A stretch of 49,679 bases of DNA from Gammaproteobacteria bacterium. Lineage in GTDB: Bacteria > Pseudomonadota > Gammaproteobacteria > SZUA-229. Shown piece after piece: positions 29,746 to 39,315 of this stretch. The DNA is taken from contig JAVVEE010000006.1 of NCBI GenBank assembly GCA_032251315.1, positions 1 through 49,679 on the forward strand, read 5' to 3'. A program made the translations under genes and the position numbers. Within the stretch, counting starts at the first letter, position 1, and each line of letters begins with the position of its first letter. Below the pieces are notes generated by a model. It was not told where the DNA came from and searched no databases. It was given only the letters and a program-made list of their open reading frames with translations.

Positions 29746-30742
29746 GTAACTATTCAGCACATTTTTTTCAAAAAAGTCAAAAAATTGCTTGACAGGGTTT
29801 TTGCGCGATTTTGTATTTTTAAGCGCCATCACCAAGTCCATGTGAAACCCATCGCCAAGCGCCATGCACTGTCACCGTGGCTGCGCTAGTACGCCGTGCC
29901 GTGTCCGGCCATATCCGTCTCATGGAAAACGCCGTCAGCGCGCGCTCAGGGCCAAATTATTCATCTCAAAAAGTCATGCGATAATAGTGTCACGCAAAGC
30001 CGCTTCGGTACTGAGATTGTGACACTTGACTCCATCGACATTAAGGCAGCCATTGAGGCTGTCGAAAAACAACTGCAAGAAGATAAGCAGACTTCGGTTG
30101 CCATGAAGTCGGCGGTGTCTCTGGTGCTGATTGTCGTGAAGCTGTTGATGGCGCGCTTGGGCATAAATAGTCGTAACAGCAGCTTGCCACCCGCCAGCGA
30201 TCCGAATCGTGCGAAAAAACAACGCGGCCTCAATGGACGCAAGCCCGGCGGTCAGCCCAATCATAACGGCAGCACACTGAAACCGGTCGATGATCCGGAT
30301 GACATTCGCACCATCAACATCGATAAGCGAACCTTGCCTGCGGGCGATTATCAGGTGGCTGGCTTCGAGCGCCGACAGATCATCGATCTGCGCATTGAGC
30401 GTTATATCACCGAGTTTCGCGCGCAAATCCTGGAGAATACGCACGGCCGGCGTTTCGTCGCCAAATTCCCGGCGGGCGTGACACGTCCGGCTCAGTATGG
30501 TGCTTCGGTCAAGGCCAATGCGGTTTATATGTCGATGTTCCAGTTGATCCCTTATGAGCGTGTGCAAACACACTTTGCCGAAAACTTCGATCTGCCGATC
30601 AGCACCGGCACCTTGACCAACATGAATCGCGACGCTTATGAGCGCCTGGCGATCTTCGAGGTGCTGGCGAAACAATGTCTGACGCGAGAGGCCGTTGTTC
30701 ACGCGGACGAGACCGGCATCAACGTCGGTGGCAAACGGATCT
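29746..30742 (+). mobile_element. IS66-family element (single-ORF type), 3'-truncated
   Basis: Left end GTAACTATTCAGC at 29746; GC-rich transposase fragment; no right end seen. Confidence 0.8.
30019..30742 (+). pseudogene. Truncated IS66-family transposase
   Basis: NSRNSSLPPASD, RKPGGQPNHNG, YGASVKA, VHADETG; similarity stops after GGKRI, before the rest of the DDE domain. Confidence 0.85.
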
Positions 30743-31105
30743 GTTGCAGTACCGGGTCGGACCTATGCAATACATTGATTATATTCATAATTCAGTCCAG
30801 AAATACATGTTTTCAGCGCTTAAACACGCCTTTTCGGGCTTGAAATCAGCAGTATAAGGCTGTGATATTTGGAGTCTGGGTAAAAACTCATGGCAGTCTG
30901 CTTTGGGTCGGCTTTGCTCCTTCAGCTACTCTTCACCAAGGTCTGTTATCAAAGAATCAACAATCCCTCATTACCAGGTGCCTGTCTGGCTTGAAGGGAA
31001 TCGCCTGCAAATTTGGCCAATTGCCAATTGCCAACTGAGAGGCATATCGAAATCAGCACTTCAAACTGTAAGAACAAATCCGAACCAATGCATTTAAATG
31101 TGCAA

Positions 31106-31858
31106 TTAAATGTTTTCAAACCAGTCATCAATGCTGTCGGCAACAAACTCGATATCCTGTTTGCTGGATAACAGATGGTCCGAGTTTTCCAGCGTAATGA
31201 TTTCCGAAGAACCCCCGATCCACTCATGTAGTTCCTGCGCGTTTGTTTCACCGACCAGCGCGTCACCCGTCACACTGAAAATCAGCACCGGCTTGTTCAG
31301 TTTCGCCAGCCGCTGCTCCATGTCGTAACTGCGCAGGTCAGTTAAAAATTCCGGTTCAATGTCGTATTGTTGCCCAGCCACGTCGATGCTCGAAGCGACA
31401 CCCTGTTCCAGCAGGGTGAGCGACTTACCAAAATGATGCAGCACATGATCGGGCTGGCTGGGCGAGGCGATGGTGGCGACTGCTTTCACCTCTTCGGTAT
31501 GCATGGCTGCTTCCAGTACCGCAGTGCCGCCGAGGCTGTGGCCGATTAGCAGCGCGGGTGCCTGATGCTGCTGGCGCAAATAATCAATCGCGGCCATCAC
31601 ATCAGCAATATTGCTGCTGAATTCAGTCTGTGAAAACACCCCTTCGCTGCCGCCGAGGCCGGTGAAGTCAAAACGCAGAGTGGCGTAGCCTTTTTCCGCC
31701 ATGGCTTTGCTGAGGCGGTAGGTGGTGAGCATATCCTTGCTACAGGTGAAGCAGTGACAGCAGATGGCATAGGCTTTGGGTGTGCCTTCCGGCATTTCCA
31801 GTCGGGCGTCGAGCAGATGGTCGCTGCCGCCGGGGAAGGATTGTTTGATACTGGGCAT
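31106..31858 (-). CDS. Alpha/beta hydrolase (type found as N-terminal domain of OsmC fusions)
   Basis: HCFTCSKD, RFDFTGLGGSEG, GHSLGG, DHLL; ATG at 31858. Confidence 0.85.
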   Translation of the reverse strand: MPSIKQSFPGGSDHLLDARLEMPEGTPKAYAICCHCFTCSKDMLTTYRLSKAMAEKGYATLRFDFTGLGGSEGVFSQTEFSSNIADVMAAIDYLRQQHQAPALLIGHSLGGTAVLEAAMHTEEVKAVATIASPSQPDHVLHHFGKSLTLLEQGVASSIDVAGQQYDIEPEFLTDLRSYDMEQRLAKLNKPVLIFSVTGDALVGETNAQELHEWIGGSSEIITLENSDHLLSSKQDIEFVADSIDDWFENI

Positions 31859-31943
31859 GTTGGTGTGACTAGCTCCGGGTGAAAGTTGCATACTATTGTA
31901 CGTGAGAGCGGCAGCAGACAAAACGAGCAATGGCGCTGCGTCC

Positions 31944-32131
31944 GGCGATTTAATCAGCTGCTACGCAAAGTTTATTTCTGAAGGCCGAACCTCGTGAAGG
32001 TCGATGTCGAAGTCTACGCCGAGCGCCGACAGGGTAGCGAGTATCAGTGCACTAAAGTCACCGAAGCGGTGCTGGTGTATGTGGCGATTGATGAGAATCG
32101 CCGCCCCAGGAGGTTGCCGGATTTAGGATGA
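31944..32131 (+). pseudogene. YciA-type acyl-CoA thioesterase remnant (C-terminal half, frameshifted)
   Basis: GDLISCYAKFISEGRTS / VKVDVEVYAER...KVTEAVLVYVAIDENRRPR; N-terminal half absent. Confidence 0.75.
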
Positions 32132-32156
32132 ACTGACTGCGGAAGTTTTTAACCGA

Positions 32157-32645
32157 TCATTGTCGCAGCAAAAAGCTGGGCTGTTCCTCGCTATCAACGA
32201 GCTTGTGCTGTTGCAACCATGCCAGCGCCTCTTCGGCATCCTCTTCGAACCATGCCTGCGCCGAGCCGAGCCTGAAGGAGTAGCCCCATTCATCCATGTC
32301 ACTAAAACTGCGCGCGCGTCCCATTTCGGGAATGAAATCGGCGAGCAGGGTTTGCAGATAACAGACCGCGTTTTCCTCGATAGCAGTGCCGCCGGCGTCG
32401 GTGTGCAGATTTTCACGGCGCGACCGATCCATGCAGATATAGTGACAGGCCTCGTGCAGCGCAGAGTGTACGGGCGTGGCTCCACTGAGATAGAGCCGGT
32501 TGCCGATCAGACCCGCTTCCGGGGCTTTCCAGAAACTGCCCGGAATGGCGACATCGGTGCTGACGGTTTCAATCTCCAGGCCATAGCGCCCGAGCAGCGC
32601 TTGTAGCTGGTATGGATTGATATCTTGGTAGAGAAGAATTGACAT
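32157..32645 (-). CDS. Conserved HExxH protein, distantly EpmC(YfcM)-like
   Basis: IPGSFW, HSALHEACHYICM..RR, WGYSFRLGS; downstream of rdgB. Confidence 0.65.
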   Translation of the reverse strand: MSILLYQDINPYQLQALLGRYGLEIETVSTDVAIPGSFWKAPEAGLIGNRLYLSGATPVHSALHEACHYICMDRSRRENLHTDAGGTAIEENAVCYLQTLLADFIPEMGRARSFSDMDEWGYSFRLGSAQAWFEEDAEEALAWLQQHKLVDSEEQPSFLLRQ

Positions 32646-32646
32646 G

Positions 32647-32690
32647 TAAAAGATAGTTGGCAGTTGGCAGTTATCAGTAGGCAGTTAAAG
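32647..32690. repeat. Heptamer (TGGCAGT)n-type dispersed repeat
   Basis: taaaagatagttggcagttggcagttatcagtaggcagttaaag; close copies at 44211-44254 and 44154-44171, inverted copies at 31016-31037 and 44364-44389. Confidence 0.7.
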
Positions 32691-32759
32691 TTTTTGGCTG
32701 CCGACTTTGTGTTGTTTGATTATTGCGATAATAAAATTGAAAAAAAGTCTCTGACTTAG

Positions 32760-32848
32760 CTGTCATTTCGACCATAGGGAGAAATCTTTAACGTCCTTGT
32801 TTGAAAATAAGCTCAAGTGCAAGATTTCTCCCTATGTCGAAATGACAG
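32760..32848. repeat. REP/MITE-like inverted repeat (CTGTCATTTCGA..GGGAGAAATCT family)
   Basis: Arms 32760-32788 and 32821-32848 are complementary except for one bulged C; second copy begins at 38431. Confidence 0.85.
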
Positions 32849-32871
32849 TTTATCCACTACCTGGTGTAACT

Positions 32872-33486
32872 TTAAATAAATTTATGTTTCTTGAACTCTT
32901 CCAGCATAGCCTGCAACGCCAGCGCGCGGTGGCTGATTTTGTTTTTCTCTTCCATGGAGAGCTCGCCGCTGGAGCAGCCGTGGGTGGGCACATAGAAAAT
33001 GGGATCGTAACCAAAGCCGCCATCGCCCGCCGGTGCCTCCAGAATCCGGCCTTCCCAGCTGGCCTGAGTGATGATGGGCACGGGGTCCTTGTGGTGGCGC
33101 ATGAAGGCCAGCACGCACCAGTAGCGGGCGGTGCGTTCGGCTTCGGGCACACCCTCTAACTCGGCCAGCATCTTGCTGTTGTTGTCGGTATCGCTGGCTT
33201 TTTCACCGGCGTAACGTGCCGAATAAACCCCGGGACGGGCATCCAGGGCATCGACTTCGATGCCGGAATCATCCGAGATCGCGGGCAGGCCGGTGAACTC
33301 GGCGGCGTGGCGGGCCTTGATGATGGCGTTTTCGACAAAGGTGGTGCCGGTCTCGGGCACTTCGGGCACGCCGAAGTCAGACTGCGGCAGCACTTCAATG
33401 CCGTATCCGGCGAAGAGTTTGTTGATTTCACGCACCTTGCCGAGGTTGCCGCTGGCGAGTACGATTTTGGTGATTTTTTCTGACAT
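32872..33486 (-). CDS. rdgB: dITP/XTP pyrophosphatase (HAM1 family)
   Basis: LASGNLGKVRE, ENAIIKA, DDSG, GFGYDPIF, SHRA. Confidence 0.95.
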   Translation of the reverse strand: MSEKITKIVLASGNLGKVREINKLFAGYGIEVLPQSDFGVPEVPETGTTFVENAIIKARHAAEFTGLPAISDDSGIEVDALDARPGVYSARYAGEKASDTDNNSKMLAELEGVPEAERTARYWCVLAFMRHHKDPVPIITQASWEGRILEAPAGDGGFGYDPIFYVPTHGCSSGELSMEEKNKISHRALALQAMLEEFKKHKFI

Positions 33487-33499
33487 AGCGGGACTCCCG

Positions 33500-34216
33500 T
33501 TAAATATTCAGCGCAGCGCTTTGCGCGATAAACAGTTCATTGATGCCTTTTTCCGCCAGCGTGAGCATGGCATTAAGCTCGTCGCGGCTGTAGGCGTGGC
33601 CTTCGGCGGTGCCCTGCACCTCGATGAAACCATTAGTGTTGTTCATCACCACATTCATGTCGGTTTCAGCGTTGGAATCTTCAGCGTAATCCAGATCGAG
33701 TACCGGCGTGCCTTCAAAAATGCCCACCGAAACCGAGCCGACCTGATGATGCAAGGGGTCTTTTTTCACCATACGTTTGTCCAGCAAATACTGCACCGCA
33801 TCGTGCAGGGCCACCCAGCCGCCGGTGATGCTGGCGGTGCGGGTGCCGCCATCGGCCTGAATGACGTCGCAATCCAGGCTGATGGTGTTCTCGCCCAGGG
33901 CATTGAGGTCGATGGCGGAACGCAATGAGCGCCCAATCAGGCGCTGGATCTCCATGGTGCGCCCGCCCTGTTTGCCATTGGAGGCTTCGCGGCGCATGCG
34001 GTTGCCGGTGGAGCGCGGCAGCATGCCGTATTCCGCCGTCACCCAGCCCTGACCCTTGCCGCGCAGGAAACCCGGCACCCGATTTTCGACCGAAGCGGTG
34101 CAGATGACTTTGGTGTCACCGAATTCGACCAACACGGAACCCTCGGCATGCTTGGTGTAGTGGCGGGTGATTTTGATTTGACGCATTTCATCGGGGGCGC
34201 GATTGCTGGGTCTCAT
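33500..34216 (-). CDS. rph: Ribonuclease PH
   Basis: [41 protein letters not shown]. Confidence 0.97.
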   Translation of the reverse strand: MRPSNRAPDEMRQIKITRHYTKHAEGSVLVEFGDTKVICTASVENRVPGFLRGKGQGWVTAEYGMLPRSTGNRMRREASNGKQGGRTMEIQRLIGRSLRSAIDLNALGENTISLDCDVIQADGGTRTASITGGWVALHDAVQYLLDKRMVKKDPLHHQVGSVSVGIFEGTPVLDLDYAEDSNAETDMNVVMNNTNGFIEVQGTAEGHAYSRDELNAMLTLAEKGINELFIAQSAALNI

Positions 34217-34351
34217 GGTATATCCGGGTCTATGACAGGTGATTGACGCGAATTATACATGGCTTGAGTGCGAGTTGCGCCGTGGTCTCGCGTGCTACAC
34301 TTTGCCGCTTAAAGCCGCCGGTTCAAGGGGCTGATCACAGGGGAGAGCTGA

Positions 34352-35218
34352 ATGATAAAAAGCATGACCGCGTTCGCGCGCTGCGAAAAGAGCGACACAT
34401 GGGGCACCTTAATCTGGGAGCTGCGCTCGGTGAATCACCGTTACCTGGATCTGCACCTGCGGCTGCCGGACGACCTGCGCGGCATGGAAGGGCGTTATCG
34501 CGAGCTGATCAATGCCGGCCTGAATCGCGGCAAGCTGGAATGTAATCTGCTGTTCAAGGCGGACGCCGCCGTCACCGGCGGCATAGAAGTCGACATTGAG
34601 TTCGCCAAATCAATCACCCACGCCTGCGAGCAGCTGAATGCCACCCTGCACCAGTCCTCGATGATAAACGTCATCGATATTCTGAAATGGCCGGGCGTGG
34701 TAAAAGAGTCCTCCCTGGATATGAAACCGATAGCCGACGCCAGCGAGGCGCTTTTGCAGCAGGCGCTGGCCGAACTGGTGGCCAACCGTGAACGCGAAGG
34801 CGAACGGCTCAAGGTGATGATCGCGCAACGCAGCGCAGCGGTTGAAGATATCGTCAAAAAGATGCGCGAACAGATGCCGGAAATTCGCGAGAACTACCGC
34901 CGGAAAATCGTATCACGCTTCGAGGAGATGAAAGCCGAGCTGGACCCCGACCGGCTGGAACAGGAGCTGGTTTACCTGGTGCAGAAAATGGACGTCGATG
35001 AAGAACTGGATCGACTGGAGAGCCATGTCAGGGAGCTGAACGATGTGCTCGACCGCGATGAAGTCGTCGGTCGTCGCCTGGATTTTCTGATGCAGGAACT
35101 AAACCGCGAAGCCAATACCTTAGGCGCCAAATCGGCCGATATCAGAATGACCCAGGCCTCGGTCGAACTGAAAGTGCTGATTGAGCAGATGCGCGAACAG
35201 ATACAGAATGTTGAATAA
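34352..35218 (+). CDS. yicC: YicC/YloC family endoribonuclease
   Basis: SMTAFAR, SVNHRYLD, GRRLDFLMQELNREANTLGAK, EQIQNVE; divergent from rph. Confidence 0.95.
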   Translation: MIKSMTAFARCEKSDTWGTLIWELRSVNHRYLDLHLRLPDDLRGMEGRYRELINAGLNRGKLECNLLFKADAAVTGGIEVDIEFAKSITHACEQLNATLHQSSMINVIDILKWPGVVKESSLDMKPIADASEALLQQALAELVANREREGERLKVMIAQRSAAVEDIVKKMREQMPEIRENYRRKIVSRFEEMKAELDPDRLEQELVYLVQKMDVDEELDRLESHVRELNDVLDRDEVVGRRLDFLMQELNREANTLGAKSADIRMTQASVELKVLIEQMREQIQNVE

Positions 35219-35303
35219 GCTCTGCGGTACAGAGTCGGTGAAAAGCAGCAGGCGAGATTGTAAAAATCAACCTGTCAGGCACTAAATAAAAAGCGGCTAA
35301 CGC

Positions 35304-35585
35304 CTAAAAAGCATCCATTTCGATAAAGGCAACGCCGATGCCGTTGTCAGATACACGTACGATAATCGCATCGACATCGGTGTCATCATTGTCCCTGAGC
35401 GGGTTTAAGTAGTTAACGTGAACCATTTCACCCATCGGGAAGTCTGAAGGGGTGGCGGTTTCGAGAAACATGCCGCCTTCGCTAAGGTCTCGGGTTTGCA
35501 TGGCCCTGGCGTCATCTTCCATCAGCGTGAGCGTAACGTCGATTTGTACATCGTGTCGTGTGTGTCGGCGATTATTTTCACTCAT
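35304..35585 (-). CDS. Single-domain PilZ protein
   Basis: RRHTR (RxxxR) and DLSEGG (DxSxxG) c-di-GMP-binding motifs. Confidence 0.85.
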   Translation of the reverse strand: MSENNRRHTRHDVQIDVTLTLMEDDARAMQTRDLSEGGMFLETATPSDFPMGEMVHVNYLNPLRDNDDTDVDAIIVRVSDNGIGVAFIEMDAF

Positions 35586-35706
35586 GGTAAACAGACCTGA
35601 TTTTTACAATAACGTTATAGTAGCGCGCATTGAGAAAAAAAACAGTCTGTCATCAATAAAGTTTTTCAATTAATATCATGATCATAAATTAACCAGCAGG
35701 TGCAGT

Positions 35707-36477
35707 ATGAAACTAGCGAACATCATTTTAACAGGCACACTGTTTGTAACGCAGAGCGTGCTGGCGTCTGATTTGGAGCGTGAAAAGCGCCTCGCCGAGC
35801 AGACGGAGCAGCTGATATTTGACGGCGAAGTGATCTATCTGGAGAGCGGTGATCATGAGTTTATGAACATCTACATGGAGGGCGAAGCGGAGGAGATAAA
35901 AGGCGCGGCGATTATCCTGCATGGCCGCGGCGTGCATCCAAACTGGGACAAAGTGGTGAAACCGCTACGCATCGGTTTGGCTGAAGAGGGCTGGAGCACA
36001 CTTTCCATGCAGATGCCGGTGCTGGAAAAGCAGGCCAAATATTATGATTACGTGCCCATCATGCACGAGGCTTTTCCCCGTCTGGAAGCGGGAGTCGATT
36101 TTTTGAAACAGGAAGGTTATGAAAAAATCGTGCTGATCGCGCACAGTTGCAGCGTGTACATGGCAATGGACTGGGTGGAGTCGGGCGAGTTTCGCGACAT
36201 CGATGCATTTGTAGGTATCGGCATGGGCGCGACCGATTACCAGCAGCCGATGGCCAAACCGTTCCCACTGGATAAACTGTCCGTGCCGGTTCTTGATGTT
36301 TATGGCGCAAATGAATATCCGGCAGTGGTGCATGGCGCAAAGGAGCGACTGGAATATATGCAGCGCGGCGGGAATAAAAAATCAAAACAGGCCATCGTCA
36401 TGGGTGCTGATCATTACTTCACCGACCAAGATGAAGAGCTGGTCGAAGTGGTCGGTGAGTGGATGAATGATTTGTGA
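35707..36477 (+). CDS. Exported DUF3530-type alpha/beta hydrolase
   Basis: Signal peptide, IILHGRGVHPNW, AHSC, GADHYF. Confidence 0.75.
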   Translation: MKLANIILTGTLFVTQSVLASDLEREKRLAEQTEQLIFDGEVIYLESGDHEFMNIYMEGEAEEIKGAAIILHGRGVHPNWDKVVKPLRIGLAEEGWSTLSMQMPVLEKQAKYYDYVPIMHEAFPRLEAGVDFLKQEGYEKIVLIAHSCSVYMAMDWVESGEFRDIDAFVGIGMGATDYQQPMAKPFPLDKLSVPVLDVYGANEYPAVVHGAKERLEYMQRGGNKKSKQAIVMGADHYFTDQDEELVEVVGEWMNDL

Positions 36478-38384
36478 AAAAAGGCGGCGGGCAGCGTGAT
36501 AATGTTTTTGTATTATTAAAACAAAAAAGATTCCTGCCCTTTTTTATCACCCAGTTTCTGGGTGCGTTCAATGACAATGTTTTCAAGAATGCGCTGATTA
36601 TTTTCATCGCCTTTCGGGTGGTACAGCCGGGCGAAGCAAGTACAGATGTTGATTTTCTGATCAACCTCAGCGCCGGTTTATTTATTCTCCCCTTCTTCCT
36701 GTTTTCCGCCACCGCCGGTCAGTGGATAGACAAGAACGAAAAATCACGCTCCATGCGTCTGATCAAGCTGATGGAAATCGTGATCATGGCCGCAGCCGCC
36801 TATGCGTTTTTTCTCGGTGATGTTAACGCCCTCATCGCCCTGCTGTTTATGATGGGGATGCAGTCCACCTTTTTCGGTCCGGCCAAATACAGTTACATTC
36901 CACAGCACCTTGATGACAGCGAACTGGTGGCGGGGAATGCGCTGGTGCAGGCGGGCACCTTTGTGGCGATACTGGTGGGCACCATGCTGGGTGGCATTCT
37001 CATCGGCAGCGACAACGGCAGCCAGTGGGTCGCTGTTACCATCGTGGTGCTGGCGGTGCTGGGCTACCTGTCGAGCCGGTTTATTCCACTAACGCCGTCG
37101 GTGCAGCCCGAGCTGAAAATAAACTGGAACCCGGTTACCGAAACCTGGCGCAACATCGCCTTCATGCGCAAAAACCGGGTGGTTTTTCTGTCGGTGCTGG
37201 GCGTCTCCTGGTTCTGGTTTCTGGGTGCGACCTATCTGGTGCAGTTGCCCAATTACACCCGACTCACGCTGGGCGGTAACGAGCAGGTTGTCACCCTCCT
37301 GCTCACCCTTTTTACCCTGGGCATCGGGGGCGGATCGTTGCTGTGTAACCGCCTGTCCGACCACAAGATCGAACTGGGTCTGGTGCCCTTCGGTTCCATC
37401 GGCTTAACCCTGTTTGGACTCGACCTCTATTTCGCCCAGCCTGAAATGACGCCGTTGGCATTGATGGGCTTTGTTGAGTTTGTCGGCCAGGTCGGCAGCA
37501 TCCGGGTACTGGCGGATGTATTTCTGATCGGACTGTTCGGCGGCTTTTATATCGTGCCCCTGTTCGCGCTCATCCAGCAGAGAAGCGAGCCGCACCACCT
37601 TTCCAGAATCATCGCCGGCAACAACATATTAAATGCCTTTCTCATGGTGCTGTCGGCGGTCATGGCCATTGTGCTGCTGGGTTCGGGCGTCAGCATCGCC
37701 GAATTGTTTCTGACTGTGGCGCTGCTCAATGCTGTGGTCGCCATCTACATCTACACTCTGGTGCCCGAATTCTTCATGCGCTTTATCGTCTGGATTCTGA
37801 TTCACACGCTCTATCGCGTACGCAAACAGGGGCTGGATAATATTCCCCACGAGGGCGCTGCCCTGCTGGCGTGCAACCATGTCAGTTATGTCGACGCCCT
37901 GATCATAGCCGGCTGCATTCGCCGGCCGGTACGCTTTGTGATGCACTACAAAATTTACAATATTCCGCTGCTGCATTTTTTATTCAAAACAGCCGGAGTG
38001 ATTCCCATTGCAGGAAAACATACCGAGCCGGAACTGCTGGAAAAGGCTTTTTCGGAAGTGGCGAAGACTTTGGACAGGGGCGAGCTGGTGTGTATTTTCC
38101 CCGAAGGAAAACTGAGCCGTGATGGCAGACTGCATAAATTTCGCCCCGGCTTAGAGCTCATTCTGAAAACAACGCCGGTGCCCGTCGTGCCCATGGCTCT
38201 GAATGGATTATGGGGCAGCGCATTCAGCCGGCATCCGGCGAATATTTACCGGCGCATTATGAAATGCATTCGTTCACACGTGGAGCTGATTGTTTTGCCG
38301 CCGCTGCCGCCCGAAAAAGTGGATGCACAGACCTTGCAGCATCAGGTGGAACAGGTGGTGCATGAAGAGCTCAATCGGTTTTGA
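36474..38384 (+). CDS. MFS transporter (LplT-like) fused to PlsC-type acyltransferase
   Basis: TQFLGAFNDNVFK, FFGPAKY; C-terminal NHVSYVD and FPEG. Confidence 0.9.
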   Translation: MKKGGGQRDNVFVLLKQKRFLPFFITQFLGAFNDNVFKNALIIFIAFRVVQPGEASTDVDFLINLSAGLFILPFFLFSATAGQWIDKNEKSRSMRLIKLMEIVIMAAAAYAFFLGDVNALIALLFMMGMQSTFFGPAKYSYIPQHLDDSELVAGNALVQAGTFVAILVGTMLGGILIGSDNGSQWVAVTIVVLAVLGYLSSRFIPLTPSVQPELKINWNPVTETWRNIAFMRKNRVVFLSVLGVSWFWFLGATYLVQLPNYTRLTLGGNEQVVTLLLTLFTLGIGGGSLLCNRLSDHKIELGLVPFGSIGLTLFGLDLYFAQPEMTPLALMGFVEFVGQVGSIRVLADVFLIGLFGGFYIVPLFALIQQRSEPHHLSRIIAGNNILNAFLMVLSAVMAIVLLGSGVSIAELFLTVALLNAVVAIYIYTLVPEFFMRFIVWILIHTLYRVRKQGLDNIPHEGAALLACNHVSYVDALIIAGCIRRPVRFVMHYKIYNIPLLHFLFKTAGVIPIAGKHTEPELLEKAFSEVAKTLDRGELVCIFPEGKLSRDGRLHKFRPGLELILKTTPVPVVPMALNGLWGSAFSRHPANIYRRIMKCIRSHVELIVLPPLPPEKVDAQTLQHQVEQVVHEELNRF

Positions 38385-38430
38385 GTTGTGCGTGCCTGGA
38401 GTTTGAGCATTGGAAATGAATTGTTTTTAT

Positions 38431-38673
38431 CTGTCATTTCGTCCATAGGGAGAAATCTAGCATTCAATCTCTGACGCACAATTAAGCAAGTGCTAGATCC
38501 CTCTCTGCGCTACTTCAGGCATCCTGCCTTTACGAATGACTTCCTGTCATTCGTAAAGGCAGGCCAGCTAGAAAACAGCTGTTCAATTTTGCTCCCAGCA
38601 AAATTAGTCGCCCTTCGGGCCGTGTATAAGTCACACGTTCAAATGCTATCCGGTAGCATTTGTCGGGATGACC
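38431..38673. repeat. Second copy of the CTGTCATTTCG inverted-repeat element, right arm interrupted by a multi-hairpin insert
   Basis: Left arm 38431-38460 nearly identical to 32760-32786; right arm split into ctagatccctc (38493-38503) and tgtcgggatgac (about 38661-38672). Confidence 0.7.
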
Positions 38674-38703
38674 GCTCCCTAGCAACACACCACAACGACC
38701 CCT

Positions 38704-39315
38704 TTATTCCGGCTTTAACTCCATGGGCAGGGCGTTAATGTCATTTTGCCGGAGCAGGTCGATCTTGTCGTAGAGGTCGGCGCTCTGGCTGTAGGGGCCG
38801 ATGCGGACACGATGCCATGCAGTGTTGTTGACCGTGACGCGCTGGATGTGGGCCTGAAAACCGAGCAGCGCCAGAGTGGCTTTGAGTTTTTCGGCGTCCT
38901 TTTTATTTTGAAACGAACCGGCCTGCAAGACATACTGTTTGTTACTTTCGGGCTGGCTTTTTGGCTGGCTCCCGCTCGTGCTCTCAGGCTGCCGGTTTTT
39001 GGGCGGGCGCGTTTCTGATTCGGGGATTAATAATTCAAGCTCCGGCAAAATCGTGTAGAAGTTGAATTTGGGTTCCGGTCGTTCGTTGGCTTCCTCGTCG
39101 GCCTGTTCCTCGGTCGCAACATCGTCAGCCGGATTTATTTTTTTCAGCTCTTTCTGTATCGTGGCACCAAAATCAGAGTCGACCTCAGGTTGCTTATCAA
39201 GGTAAATGATCAACGCTACAAACAGGCCGATGCCCAGACCGGCAGCCAGCCAGACATAACCGGGTATGGATTTTTTCTCGTGATTCTGATTTCGGTTTTT
39301 GTAATCGGTAGGCAT
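38704..39315 (-). CDS. SPOR-domain cell-division protein (FtsN-like)
   Basis: N-terminal TM, FNFYTILP, YVLQAGSF...WHRVRIGP; coupled to argS. Confidence 0.85.
   Translation of the reverse strand: MPTDYKNRNQNHEKKSIPGYVWLAAGLGIGLFVALIIYLDKQPEVDSDFGATIQKELKKINPADDVATEEQADEEANERPEPKFNFYTILPELELLIPESETRPPKNRQPESTSGSQPKSQPESNKQYVLQAGSFQNKKDAEKLKATLALLGFQAHIQRVTVNNTAWHRVRIGPYSQSADLYDKIDLLRQNDINALPMELKPE

Noticed and set aside
29896-30018. N-terminal extension of the IS66 ORF in the track
   Set aside because: Non-coding IS left-end sequence; transposase similarity starts at GTG 30019.
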